From assembly GCF_013315695.1 (NCBI RefSeq), contig NZ_CP054353.1: a DNA stretch of 64,000 nucleotides. One strand, written 5' to 3'. Below, one piece after another: positions 1 through 12,552 of this stretch; within the stretch, counting starts at the first letter, position 1, and each line of letters begins with the position of its first letter. The notes under the pieces are model-generated. The model made no database searches. It was not told where the DNA came from and was given only the letters and a program-made list of their open reading frames with translations. A program made the position numbers and the translations under genes. The stretch is from Escherichia coli (GTDB lineage: Bacteria > Pseudomonadota > Gammaproteobacteria > Enterobacterales > Enterobacteriaceae).

Positions 1-285
1 TCATACTTCAGAACACATACTCAATGTGTAAACAGCCATCTCTCCATCGGGATTAGAAGGGCGTAATACAAATATCGGTATACTGCCATTGTCAATGTAT
101 GTGGCTGCAACCCCTCCGTCAGGTGTAGCATACAAATCAAGTCCTTCACAAAACTCTTTTGCCGTAACCTTTTTAAGATGGTCAGCATATTTGATCATCT
201 GGAGGTGCATTTCCATCGTTTGGCTATTTCGTGGTGCGCTGCTAATGGCTTGCTTAATGTTCTCGTAGATCTGGGTTTCTGTCAT
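1..285 (-). CDS. Hypothetical protein, 94 aa, complete (stop at 1..3); not recognised
   Basis: Complete ORF in six-frame track; no motif I can assign. It is not the rcnR that I recall next to thiM in K-12 (wrong strand and sequence). Confidence 0.4.
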   Translation of the reverse strand: MTETQIYENIKQAISSAPRNSQTMEMHLQMIKYADHLKKVTAKEFCEGLDLYATPDGGVAATYIDNGSIPIFVLRPSNPDGEMAVYTLSMCSEV

Positions 286-317
286 TGTTTATCCCACCTA
301 TCAAATTTAGAAAAATA

Positions 318-339
318 ATATTAATTAGCTAATTAATAT
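318..339. promoter_or_regulatory. 22-bp perfect palindrome ATATTAATTAGCTAATTAATAT, candidate operator
   Basis: Read directly: sequence equals its own reverse complement over 22 bp; AT-rich, 33 bp upstream of the minus-strand ORF start at 285. Confidence 0.4.
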
Positions 340-497
340 AATCAATGGTTTTCACCATCTGAATGATAGTCGCTAATTGTTTCTTTTTCATTCCTTCTAT
401 GGGGTACAAAATGGGGTACACAGAGAAGAAGCAATTAATGGAGGCGAGCTTGCATCTGCAAGCCACTTCCCCTAAGCTGGCACAAAATATAGAGATT

Positions 498-631
498 CAA
501 CCAAACGACTCGGGGTGCCCTTCTGCGTGAAGGCTGAGAAATACCCGTATCACCTGATCTGGATAATGCCAGCGTAGGGAAGTCACGGACCACCAGGTCA
601 TTGCTTCTTCACGTTATGGCAGGAGCAAACT
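498..631 (+). promoter_or_regulatory. TPP (thiamine pyrophosphate) riboswitch, thi-box leader of thiM
   Basis: Conserved thi-box core CTGAGA...ACCTGATCTGGATAATGCCAGCGTAGGGAA immediately upstream of thiM start with RBS GGAG; matches the known thiM riboswitch from memory. Confidence 0.85.
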
Positions 632-1420
632 ATGCAAGTCGACCTGCTGAGTTCCGCGCAATCTGCGCACGCGTTACATCTTTTTCACAAACATTCCCCC
701 CTTGTGCACTGTATGACCAATGATGTGGTGCAAACCTTTACTGCCAATACCTTACTGGCGCTCGGTGCATCGCCAGCGATGGTCATCGAAACCGAAGAGG
801 CCAGTCAGTTTGCGGCAATCGCCAGTGCGTTGCTGATTAACGTTGGCACGCTGACGCAGCCACGCGCACAGGCGATGCGTGCCGCCGTTGAACAGGCAAA
901 ACGCTCTCAAACACCCTGGACGCTTGATCCAGTAGCGGTGGGTGCACTCGATTATCGCCGCCGTTTTTGTCTGGAACTTCTGTCTCATAAGCCAACCGCC
1001 ATACGTGGTAATGCTTCGGAAATCATGGCATTAGCTGGCGTTGCTAATGGCGGACGGGGAGTGGATACCACTGATGCCGCAGCTAACGCGATACCTGCTG
1101 CACAAACACTGGCACGGGAAACTGGCGCAATCGTCGTGGTCACTGGCGAGGTGGATTATGTTACCGATGGACATCGTATCGTTGGCATTCACGGTGGCGA
1201 TCCGCTAATGACCAAAGTGGTAGGAACTGGCTGTGCATTATCGGCGGTTGTCGCTGCCTGTTGTGCGCTACCAGGCGATACGCTGGAAAATATCGCATCT
1301 GCCTGTCACTGGATGAAACAAGCCGGAGAACGCGCAGTTGCCAGAAGCGAGGGGCCAGGCAGTTTTGTTCCACATTTCCTTGATGCGCTCTGGCAATTGA
1401 CGCAGGAGGTGCAGGCATGA
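632..1420 (+). CDS. thiM: Hydroxyethylthiazole kinase
   Basis: 262-aa ORF recognised as ThiM; preceded by TPP riboswitch; stop overlaps thiD start (ATGA). Confidence 0.9.
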   Translation: MQVDLLSSAQSAHALHLFHKHSPLVHCMTNDVVQTFTANTLLALGASPAMVIETEEASQFAAIASALLINVGTLTQPRAQAMRAAVEQAKRSQTPWTLDPVAVGALDYRRRFCLELLSHKPTAIRGNASEIMALAGVANGGRGVDTTDAAANAIPAAQTLARETGAIVVVTGEVDYVTDGHRIVGIHGGDPLMTKVVGTGCALSAVVAACCALPGDTLENIASACHWMKQAGERAVARSEGPGSFVPHFLDALWQLTQEVQA

Positions 1421-2217
1421 AACGAATTAACGCTCTGACGATTGCCGGTACTGATCCGAGTGGTGGTGCGGGGATTCAGGCCGATCTTAAAACCTTCTCG
1501 GCACTTGGCGCTTATGGTTGCTCAGTTATTACTGCACTGGTGGCGCAAAATACCCGTGGCGTACAGTCGGTGTATCGCATTGAGCCTGATTTTGTCGCCG
1601 CCCAGCTCGATTCGGTGTTCAGTGATGTGCGAATCGACACCACTAAAATCGGTATGTTGGCGGAAACCGATATTGTTGAAGCGGTGGCAGAACGGTTGCA
1701 ACGTTATCAGATCCAAAACGTGGTACTCGACACCGTTATGCTGGCAAAAAGCGGCGACCCGCTGCTTTCACCTTCGGCGGTTGCTACGCTGCGCAGTCGA
1801 TTATTGCCACATGTTTCATTAATAACGCCAAACTTGCCCGAAGCAGCCGCCTTGCTCGACGCGCCACACGCGCGCACCGAACAGGAAATGCTGGAACAAG
1901 GGCGATCGCTGTTGGCGATGGGCTGTGGCGCAGTGCTAATGAAAGGTGGTCATCTGGATGATGAGCAAAGCCCGGACTGGCTGTTTACTCGTGAGGGGGA
2001 ACAACGGTTTACCGCACCGCGCATTATGACCAAAAACACTCACGGCACTGGTTGTACGCTCTCTGCGGCGTTGGCTGCACTGCGCCCGCGCCATACAAAC
2101 TGGGCTGACACCGTACAGGAGGCAAAAAGCTGGCTTTCATCGGCGTTAGCCCAGGCCGACACGCTGGAAGTTGGTCACGGTATTGGTCCGGTTCACCACT
2201 TCCACGCCTGGTGGTGA
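1417..2217 (+). CDS. thiD: Hydroxymethylpyrimidine/phosphomethylpyrimidine kinase
   Basis: 266-aa ORF recognised as ThiD (PfkB-like kinase); translationally coupled to thiM. Confidence 0.9.
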   Translation: MKRINALTIAGTDPSGGAGIQADLKTFSALGAYGCSVITALVAQNTRGVQSVYRIEPDFVAAQLDSVFSDVRIDTTKIGMLAETDIVEAVAERLQRYQIQNVVLDTVMLAKSGDPLLSPSAVATLRSRLLPHVSLITPNLPEAAALLDAPHARTEQEMLEQGRSLLAMGCGAVLMKGGHLDDEQSPDWLFTREGEQRFTAPRIMTKNTHGTGCTLSAALAALRPRHTNWADTVQEAKSWLSSALAQADTLEVGHGIGPVHHFHAWW

Positions 2218-2272
2218 GCACCGTACTATAGCTGCTTTGGTGATTGTCAGCCTTTGGCGCTGACATTCAGGG

Positions 2273-3100
2273 ATGAAACCAATGCAGCTGAGAATCACCA
2301 GTCGAAAAAAATTCACCGCTTTATTATGCGCTCTTGGGCTAATTTCCATCGTTGCAATTTATCCGCGTCAGACGGTGAATTTTTTCTATTCGACAGCAAT
2401 TCAGATTAAAGACTACATCCACTTCTACGGTTATCGCCCGGTCAAATCTTTTGCTATTCGCATTCCTGCCAGTTACACCATTCATGGTATTGATGTTTCA
2501 CGCTGGCAGGAGCGAATCGACTGGCAGCGGGTGGCAAAAATGCGCGATAACGGTATTCGCTTACAATTTGCCTTTATTAAGGCGACGGAAGGCGAAAAGC
2601 TGGTGGACCCCTATTTTTCGCGTAACTGGCAACTAAGCCGCGAAAATGGCCTGCTGCGCGGGGCGTATCATTATTTTTCCCCGTCGGTATCCGCTTCAGT
2701 TCAGGCGAGATTATTTCTGCAAACGGTGGATTTCTCACAAGGCGATTTCCCTGCCGTGCTGGACGTAGAAGAACGGGGAAAATTATCGGCAAAAGAATTA
2801 CGCAAGCGGGTAAGTCAGTGGCTAAAAATGGTCGAAAAAAGTACGGGGAAAAAGCCGATTATTTACTCAGGAGCCGTTTTTTATCACACGAATCTGGCGG
2901 GCTATTTCAATGAATATCCGTGGTGGGTGGCTCACTACTATCAACGTCGTCCGGACAATGACGGCATGGCCTGGCGCTTCTGGCAGCATTCCGACCGTGG
3001 ACAGGTCGATGGCATTAATGGTCCGGTGGATTTTAATGTGTTTAATGGCACAGAGGAGGAGTTGCAGGGATTCGTTGATGGGATTAAAGAAACGCCTTAA
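2273..3100 (+). CDS. yegX: Glycoside hydrolase family 25 (lysozyme-like) protein
   Basis: 275-aa ORF with N-terminal hydrophobic segment; position after thiD matches K-12 yegX. Start codon uncertain (possibly a few codons downstream). Confidence 0.75.
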   Translation: MKPMQLRITSRKKFTALLCALGLISIVAIYPRQTVNFFYSTAIQIKDYIHFYGYRPVKSFAIRIPASYTIHGIDVSRWQERIDWQRVAKMRDNGIRLQFAFIKATEGEKLVDPYFSRNWQLSRENGLLRGAYHYFSPSVSASVQARLFLQTVDFSQGDFPAVLDVEERGKLSAKELRKRVSQWLKMVEKSTGKKPIIYSGAVFYHTNLAGYFNEYPWWVAHYYQRRPDNDGMAWRFWQHSDRGQVDGINGPVDFNVFNGTEEELQGFVDGIKETP

Positions 3101-3151
3101 ATAAGAAGCAGTGATATACTCCCACCAGACTCCCCGGCAGGAAAAAGACAA

Positions 3152-3898
3152 ATGGAACAAGCGCATACCCAGCTGATTGCCCAACTGAACGAACGTATTT
3201 TAGCGGCGGATAACACGCCGCTTTATATTAAGTTTGCCGAAACGGTAAAAAATGCCGTGCGCAGCGGGGTGCTGGAGCATGGCAATATTTTGCCCGGTGA
3301 GCGTGATTTAAGTCAGTTAACCGGCGTTTCGCGCATTACGGTGCGCAAGGCGATGCAGGCGCTGGAAGAAGAGGGCGTGGTGACGCGTTCGCGTGGTTAC
3401 GGCACGCAGATCAACAACATCTTCGAATACTCGCTGAAAGAAGCGCGGGGGTTTTCTCAGCAGGTGGTATTGCGCGGGAAAAAGCCCGATACGCTATGGG
3501 TTAACAAGCGTGTCGTGAAATGTCCCGAAGAAGTCGCGCAACAGCTGGCGGTCGAAGCGGGAAGTGATGTCTTTTTGCTTAAGCGTATTCGCTATGTCGA
3601 TGAAGAGGCGGTATCGATTGAGGAATCGTGGGTTCCGGCGCATTTAATTCATGATGTTGATGCCATCGGAATTTCTCTTTATGACTACTTCCGCAGCCAG
3701 CACATTTACCCACAACGTACGCGTTCCCGCGTTAGCGCCCGGATGCCGGATGCCGAGTTTCAGTCACATATTCAGTTAGATAGCAAAATACCGGTGCTGG
3801 TGATCAAGCAAGTGGCGCTTGACCAACAGCAACGGCCTATTGAGTACAGCATCAGCTACTGTCGCAGCGATCTATACGTTTTTGTGTGCGAGGAGTAG
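3152..3898 (+). CDS. yegW: GntR-family transcriptional regulator
   Basis: 248-aa ORF; N-terminal winged-HTH of GntR/HutC type (ILPGERDLSQLTGVSRITVRKA). Confidence 0.8.
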   Translation: MEQAHTQLIAQLNERILAADNTPLYIKFAETVKNAVRSGVLEHGNILPGERDLSQLTGVSRITVRKAMQALEEEGVVTRSRGYGTQINNIFEYSLKEARGFSQQVVLRGKKPDTLWVNKRVVKCPEEVAQQLAVEAGSDVFLLKRIRYVDEEAVSIEESWVPAHLIHDVDAIGISLYDYFRSQHIYPQRTRSRVSARMPDAEFQSHIQLDSKIPVLVIKQVALDQQQRPIEYSISYCRSDLYVFVCEE

Positions 3899-4837
3899 TT
3901 CCTCGCGCGTTGGCGCACAATCACCGCCCCGATGCCCGACAACCCACGACGCCACTGCATTGCCCAGTAATACGGCATCCGCCAGTGGCAGACCAGAGGC
4001 CAGCCCGGCAAGTACGCCGCCGGCATGACTGTCGCCCGCCCCAATGGTGTCTACAACTTGCGTTGGAAATGCCGGAATGCAGCCAGAAGCGTCGTTGCTG
4101 AAATACCATGCGCCCTCTTTATCGAGACGAATGATCAACGGCGCGGCAAATTTCTCCTGCCATTGCTTGCCTAGTGTTGTTATCTCTGCGGATAGAGCAA
4201 AACGTTCGGCGGCAATCTCAGCCTCCTGACGATTGAGTGACACTAAAGGTCGACAGGCCATGATCCGCGCCAGTAATACATCCGGGATATCGCCAATACG
4301 TGGGCCAAAATCGATAAACGGCGTCACGTCTTGCAGCTTTTCCAGCCATTCCACTAACAATTCGCCGCAGGGCGAGGCCAGTTGATAACCGGAAAAATAG
4401 AGCAGGCTGCCAGGCGCAACGGTTAATCGCGCCAGCCACTGGCGATTCCACTGATTTTCCACACCGCTGAATGACATAAAAGTGCGTTCGCCATCCGGCT
4501 CAACCAGCGCCAGACACCAGCCGTTATCACCTTCGGCGTTATCGATCAGGCTGATTAAGTCCTCTTTTGCCATCCGGTTGCGAATAATCTCCGCCCACAC
4601 CCCCTGACCGAGCGGCAAGGCATTACCCGCTTCGATGCCGAGGCGCTTTAATGCCACGGCAATATTCAGTGCACAGCCGCCAACGTTAACGCTCTGCTGT
4701 TTCAGTTCGATATCGCACCCACGCCAGGGGAGGGCATAAGCGTCGGCGATCACATCAATGACCGCCGCGCCGACGACCATCACCGGCTGACGCGTGGCTA
4801 ATTCAGGCAGCAGCGTGTGTAATCGAGCGCCGCTCAT
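3872..4837 (-). CDS. yegV: PfkB-family sugar kinase
   Basis: 321-aa ORF with ribokinase/PfkB-type motifs (DTIGAGD); convergent with and overlapping yegW by 27 nt. Confidence 0.8.
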   Translation of the reverse strand: MSGARLHTLLPELATRQPVMVVGAAVIDVIADAYALPWRGCDIELKQQSVNVGGCALNIAVALKRLGIEAGNALPLGQGVWAEIIRNRMAKEDLISLIDNAEGDNGWCLALVEPDGERTFMSFSGVENQWNRQWLARLTVAPGSLLYFSGYQLASPCGELLVEWLEKLQDVTPFIDFGPRIGDIPDVLLARIMACRPLVSLNRQEAEIAAERFALSAEITTLGKQWQEKFAAPLIIRLDKEGAWYFSNDASGCIPAFPTQVVDTIGAGDSHAGGVLAGLASGLPLADAVLLGNAVASWVVGHRGGDCAPTREELLLAHKNV

Positions 4838-5838
4838 ATCGCCTCCCGTTGTTGGCGATACTTCGCCAGCGCCGTGGCATAGCGGTTGAAATCAAGCTGA
4901 TTTACTGCATCCAGTTCCGCCTTTAACGCAGGATCGATAGCGTTAACGCCATGCAACGCGCCGCAAATTGCCGTCGCCATAGCACCGATGGTGTCTGTGT
5001 CGCCGCCAAGGTTAGCGCACAGGACGGCGCAACGGTTCGGGTCGGTTTGTGCCAGTTCAACCAGCGCAATGGCGCACGGAACGGACTCAATAGTGCTGGT
5101 ACCTGCGCCAACGACCTGGTAAAGCTGTTCGCTGGCGGATTCGGTGCCATCGGCATTGCGCACAATTTTCAGCGCAATCTCCAGACGTGCTGCCAGTGAG
5201 GCGCTGAAGGTAGTGATGCGTTTTTGTTGAGCATGTCGCGCAATTGAAGGCAGTGAATCAACAATCGCTGACCAGCTTTCTCCGTCAATGGCACGAGAAA
5301 TCGCCCATGCGATGACTACCGCCCCCGCAACCGCCAGATCGGATTTATGTGTCGGGCTGGAGGCCAGCGCCACATCATCAATAAAAGAGTCAATATCGCG
5401 CGCCGGAAGCAAACAACCTAATGGCGAGACGCGCATCGCTGCGCCGTTGGTCACGCCGTTATTTTCCAGTTCAGCAACGGGTTTACCGTCGCGAATGGCG
5501 TTAAGCGCAATCTTCGAGGTCGGACCTAGTACGTTTTTGTTAAAGGCGTCGAAACGCAGCGCCCAGTCGAGAATATTACGCCCAATCAGATCCGGATCGA
5601 TCTTGCCTTCACGTTCCAGTAACGCATCCGCCAGACACAGCGCCATCGAGGTATCGTCGGTGAATTCGGCGCGGTTAAAATAACAGGCTGCGTTATTCTC
5701 CTTTGGCCCAGGCAGAAAACGGTCAATCCAGCCAAAGTGTGCTTTGACGCGACTGCGCGGCCAAAGCTCGGAGGGCATCCCCATCGCATCCCCTAACGCC
5801 TGCCCATAAAGAGCACCGAGAATACGTTCTGTTTTCAT
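4834..5838 (-). CDS. yegU: ADP-ribosylglycohydrolase-family protein
   Basis: 334-aa ORF; synteny yegT-yegU-yegV; 4-nt overlap with yegV. Confidence 0.75.
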   Translation of the reverse strand: MKTERILGALYGQALGDAMGMPSELWPRSRVKAHFGWIDRFLPGPKENNAACYFNRAEFTDDTSMALCLADALLEREGKIDPDLIGRNILDWALRFDAFNKNVLGPTSKIALNAIRDGKPVAELENNGVTNGAAMRVSPLGCLLPARDIDSFIDDVALASSPTHKSDLAVAGAVVIAWAISRAIDGESWSAIVDSLPSIARHAQQKRITTFSASLAARLEIALKIVRNADGTESASEQLYQVVGAGTSTIESVPCAIALVELAQTDPNRCAVLCANLGGDTDTIGAMATAICGALHGVNAIDPALKAELDAVNQLDFNRYATALAKYRQQREAI

Positions 5839-7112
5839 TTAACTTCCCCTTGTGTCAACGCAATATCGCGATCATCGACCTTGATAGCCGTAATTTCGTT
5901 GTCGGATTCGCGGAAAAAAATCATGAACAGCACGGCGATAATGGCAATCATCACCGCGCCGAAAGTCCACATCCCGGCCCAGTTGAAAGTCAGTCCGTTT
6001 ACCGGTTCCTGATAAGCGAACATCTTTTCCATCATCACACCGCCAAGACGATAGCCGAGCAAACTGCCGAAGCCCTGGCAGCAGAGCGTGATCAGCCCCT
6101 GCGCGGCGGTACGCATATGCACGGGAGCTTTTTTATCGACATAGATGTAAGCGGTAACGTAGTAAAAATCGTAACTTACGCCGTGCAGCAAAATACCGAG
6201 GAACAGTAACGCGTAGGTGAAATATTCATCCGCACTACCGTAAATAAAGAAGCCATAGCGGATCGCAGCGGTGACCAGACCAAGTAATAATACCTTTTTG
6301 ATACCAAAGCGTTTGGTAAAAAACGGTAATGCCAGCATAAAGAAGATTTCAGAGAACTGGCCGAGCGTCATCCAGCCAGTGGCGTTTTTCATGCCAACTT
6401 CGGTCAGATAACCGTTGGCAAAGATGTAATAGAACGCCAGTGGCATCGCAAACAGGAATGAACAGAAGAAAAAGACGAGGAAGTTCTTATCGCGCAGCAG
6501 GATCAGCGCATCCAGGCCGAGCATGACTTTAATATCCATTTTGCCGGTGCTTTTTGGTGGCGTGTCGGGCAGGAAAAACGCAAACACACCAAGCAGAGCA
6601 GAACTTCCGGCGGTAATCAGCAGCGGGATGTTCGTCGGTGAGATATCGGCATAACCCAGCATTTGCGGCAAGAATCCACATGCCAGACCAGAGGCAATCC
6701 AGCCGATAGTGCCCATCACACGAATGCGCGGGAAATCACGCTCCACATCCGGCACGTTGGCAAAAGCGATACTGTTAGTCAGCGCAATGGTCGGCATATA
6801 GGTTAGCGAGTAGGCCAGCAGTAACGGGAAGAAGCCGGCAAAAGTGGTCTGTTGCGCAGCGAAATACATCAGCACCGCACCAGCGAACATCAATACCGCC
6901 AGCACTTTCTGTGCCGAGAAAAAGCGGTCAGTGATGGAGCCAACCAGAATCGGCGACAGGATCGCCGCAATGGCGGTACAGGCATACGACCAGCCAATTT
7001 CTCCGGCACTAAAACCGCTTTTACTTAACCACAACCACAATGGCACAAACCACGCGCCCCAGATAAACCATTCAACAAACATCATGAACGACAGCTTTGC
7101 TGTTGTTTTCAT
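5835..7112 (-). CDS. yegT: MFS nucleoside transporter family protein
   Basis: 425-aa highly hydrophobic multi-TM ORF; first gene of yegTUV operon by synteny. Confidence 0.8.
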   Translation of the reverse strand: MKTTAKLSFMMFVEWFIWGAWFVPLWLWLSKSGFSAGEIGWSYACTAIAAILSPILVGSITDRFFSAQKVLAVLMFAGAVLMYFAAQQTTFAGFFPLLLAYSLTYMPTIALTNSIAFANVPDVERDFPRIRVMGTIGWIASGLACGFLPQMLGYADISPTNIPLLITAGSSALLGVFAFFLPDTPPKSTGKMDIKVMLGLDALILLRDKNFLVFFFCSFLFAMPLAFYYIFANGYLTEVGMKNATGWMTLGQFSEIFFMLALPFFTKRFGIKKVLLLGLVTAAIRYGFFIYGSADEYFTYALLFLGILLHGVSYDFYYVTAYIYVDKKAPVHMRTAAQGLITLCCQGFGSLLGYRLGGVMMEKMFAYQEPVNGLTFNWAGMWTFGAVMIAIIAVLFMIFFRESDNEITAIKVDDRDIALTQGEVK

Positions 7113-7170
7113 CTTTTAATTCCTTCATGACAGGTAATGTAAGGTACGCGATGACGGTAATGACTCCAAC

Positions 7171-7674
7171 TTATTGATAGTGTTTTATGTTCAGATAATG
7201 CCCGATGACTTTGTCATGCAGCTCCACCGATTTTGAGAACGACAGCGACTTCCGTCCCAGCCGTGCCAGGTGCTGCCTCAGATTCAGGTTATGCCGCTCA
7301 ATTCGCTGCGTATATCGCTTGCTGATTACGTGCAGCTTTCCCTTCAGGCGGGATTCATACAGCGGCCAGCCATCCGTCATCCATATCACCACGTCAAAGG
7401 GTGACAGCAGGCTCATAAGACGCCCCAGCGTCGCCATAGTGCGTTCACCGAATACGTGCGCAACAACCGTCTTCCGGAGCCTGTCATACGCGTAAAACAG
7501 CCAGCGCTGGCGCGATTTAGCCCCGACATAGCCCCACTGTTCGTCCATTTCCGCGCAGACGATGACGTCACTGCCCGGCTGTATGCGCGAGGTTACCGAC
7601 TGCGGCCTGAGTTTTTTAAGTGACGTAAAATCGTGTTGAGGCCAACGCCCATAATGCGGGCTGTTGCCCGGCAT
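7171..7674 (-). CDS. insB: IS1 InsB' (transposase catalytic part; expressed as InsAB' by -1 frameshift)
   Basis: 167-aa ORF overlapping insA in the -1 frame; identical to the copy at 12049..12552. Confidence 0.9.
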
Positions 7675-7868
7675 CCAACGCCATTCATGGCCATATCAAT
7701 GATTTTCTGGTGCGTACCGGGTTGAGAAGCGGTGTAAGTGAACTGCAGTTGCCATGTTTTACGGCAGTGAGAGCAGAGATAGCGCTGATGTCCGGCGGTG
7801 CTTTTGCCGTTACGCACCACCCCGTCAGTAGCTGAACAGGAGGGACAGCTGATAGAAACAGAAGCCAC
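7593..7868 (-). CDS. insA: IS1 InsA (DNA-binding protein / transposition inhibitor)
   Basis: 91-aa ORF identical to the second copy at 11855..12130; zinc-finger [15 protein letters not shown]...CSHC. Confidence 0.95.
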
Positions 7869-8145
7869 TGGAGCACCTCAAAAACACCATCATACACTAA
7901 ATCAGTAAGTTGGCAGCATCACCCGCGATGACAATACCACTTAATAATACCTTTTAAATACCTTTGCGGTGAAAACTTGACCGCTGTAACATTTTTTCTG
8001 ATGAATCGAGCCAACAGAAAACGCTGAAAAAACATCCAAAAGATGGAAAAACTCGCCCGTAACGACCAGGATTATGATTGCCCGCAAAAGGCGGGCCAGG
8101 ACAATCCATAGCCGATATCCAATCGGAATTTACGGGAGCATAGTA

Positions 8146-9198
8146 ATGACAGATATTGCGCAGTTGCTTGGCAAAGACGCCGACAACCTTTTACAGCACC
8201 GTTGTATGACTATTCCTTCTGACCAGCTTTATCTCCCCGGACATGACTACGTAGACCGCGTGATGATTGACAATAATCGCCCGCCAGCGGTGTTACGTAA
8301 TATGCAGACGTTGTACAACACCGGGCGTCTGGCTGGCACAGGATATCTTTCTATTCTGCCGGTTGACCAGGGCGTTGAGCACTCTGCCGGAGCTTCATTT
8401 GCCGCTAACCCGCTCTACTTTGACCCGAAAAACATTGTTGAACTGGCGATCGAAGCGGGCTGTAACTGCGTGGCGTCAACTTACGGCGTGCTGGCATCGG
8501 TATCTCGGCGTTACGCGCATCGCATTCCATTCCTCGTCAAACTTAATCACAACGAGACGCTAAGTTACCCGAATACCTACGATCAAACGCTGTATGCCAG
8601 CGTGGAGCAGGCGTTCAATATGGGCGCGGTGGCGGTTGGGGCGACTATCTATTTTGGCTCGGAAGAGTCACGTCGCCAGATTGAAGAAATTTCTGCGGCT
8701 TTTGAACGTGCGCACGAGCTGGGCATGGTGACAGTGCTGTGGGCCTATTTGCGTAACTCCGCCTTTAAGAAAGATGGCGTTGATTACCATGTTTCCGCCG
8801 ACCTGACTGGTCAGGCGAACCATCTGGCGGCAACCATAGGTGCAGATATCGTCAAACAAAAAATGGCGGAAAATAACGGCGGCTATAAAGCGATTAATTA
8901 CGGTTATACCGACGATCGTGTTTACAGCAAATTGACCAGCGAAAACCCGATTGATCTGGTGCGTTATCAGTTAGCTAACTGCTATATGGGCCGGGCTGGG
9001 TTGATAAACTCCGGCGGTGCTGCGGGCGGTGAAACTGACCTCAGCGATGCAGTGCGTACTGCGGTTATCAACAAACGCGCTGGCGGAATGGGGCTGATTC
9101 TTGGACGTAAGGCGTTCAAGAAATCGATGGCTGACGGCGTGAAACTGATTAACGCCGTGCAGGACGTTTATCTCGATAGCAAAATTACTATCGCCTGA
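8146..9198 (+). CDS. fbaB: Fructose-bisphosphate aldolase class I
   Basis: ORF 8074..9198 recognised as FbaB; start placed at internal [10 protein letters not shown] (350 aa) as in K-12 from memory. Confidence 0.85.
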
Positions 9199-9283
9199 TA
9201 CGCCTTATACGAACAGCACTACCCCGTATGACGGAAAAGGCGTTTACGTCGCATCCGGCATAAAAACACGCGCACTTTGCTAC

Positions 9284-9311
9284 GGCTTCCCTATCGGGAG
9301 GCCGTTTTTTT
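9284..9311 (+). terminator. Rho-independent terminator candidate downstream of fbaB
   Basis: Hairpin GGCTTCCC-TATC-GGGAGGCC followed by TTTTTTT; a REP-like GCGTTTACGTCGCATCCGGCAT lies just upstream. Confidence 0.6.
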
Positions 9312-9371
9312 GCCTGTCATTCTGATTAATTTTCGAATTGTCGTTTTTGTGATCGTTATCTCGACATTTGA

Positions 9372-11571
<2,200 letters not shown>

Positions 11572-11854
11572 GGACGGTATATGACTAACCTGTTTGTTCG
11601 TAGCGGAATTTCTTTTGTCGATCGTAGCGAAGTTTTAGCCCATATCGGTAATGAGATGCTCGCGAAAGGTGTGGTTCATGATACCTGGCCACAGGCATTA
11701 ATTGCCAGAGAAGCAGAATTCCCTACCGGGATAATGCTTGAGCAGCACGCCATTGCAATACCGCATTGTGAGGCGATTCATGCTAAGTCGTCAGCCATTG
11801 GTGATGCTGCCAACTTACTGATTTAGTGTATGATGGTGTTTTTGAGGTGCTCCA

Positions 11855-12130
11855 GTGGCTTCTGTTTCTATCAGCTGTCCCTCCTGTTCAGCTACTGACG
11901 GGGTGGTGCGTAACGGCAAAAGCACCGCCGGACATCAGCGCTATCTCTGCTCTCACTGCCGTAAAACATGGCAACTGCAGTTCACTTACACCGCTTCTCA
12001 ACCCGGTACGCACCAGAAAATCATTGATATGGCCATGAATGGCGTTGGATGCCGGGCAACAGCCCGCATTATGGGCGTTGGCCTCAACACGATTTTACGT
12101 CACTTAAAAAACTCAGGCCGCAGTCGGTAA
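11855..12130 (+). CDS. insA: IS1 InsA
   Basis: 91-aa ORF, identical to copy 1. Confidence 0.95.
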
Positions 12131-12552
12131 CCTCGCGCATACAGCCGGGCAGTGACGTCATCGTCTGCGCGGAAATGGACGAACAGTGGGGCTATGTCGG
12201 GGCTAAATCGCGCCAGCGCTGGCTGTTTTACGCGTATGACAGGCTCCGGAAGACGGTTGTTGCGCACGTATTCGGTGAACGCACTATGGCGACGCTGGGG
12301 CGTCTTATGAGCCTGCTGTCACCCTTTGACGTGGTGATATGGATGACGGATGGCTGGCCGCTGTATGAATCCCGCCTGAAGGGAAAGCTGCACGTAATCA
12401 GCAAGCGATATACGCAGCGAATTGAGCGGCATAACCTGAATCTGAGGCAGCACCTGGCACGGCTGGGACGGAAGTCGCTGTCGTTCTCAAAATCGGTGGA
12501 GCTGCATGACAAAGTCATCGGGCATTATCTGAACATAAAACACTATCAATAA
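12049..12552 (+). CDS. insB: IS1 InsB'
   Basis: 167-aa ORF in the -1 frame relative to insA, identical to copy 1. Confidence 0.9.

Larger units (their letters stand above)
7156..7923 (-). mobile_element. IS1 insertion sequence, complete 768 bp, copy 1
   Basis: Terminal inverted repeats GGTAATGACTCCAACTTATTGAT (7156..) and ...ATCAGTAAGTTGGCAGCATCACC (..7923); flanked by 9-bp direct repeat CGCGATGAC (7147..7155 and 7924..7932); insA and insB ORFs inside. Confidence 0.95.

Noticed and set aside
1-285. First ORF as the nickel/cobalt regulator rcnR that neighbours thiM in K-12
   Set aside because: Sequence does not resemble the CsoR/RcnR family as I recall it, and the gene is on the opposite strand to that expected from K-12 synteny.
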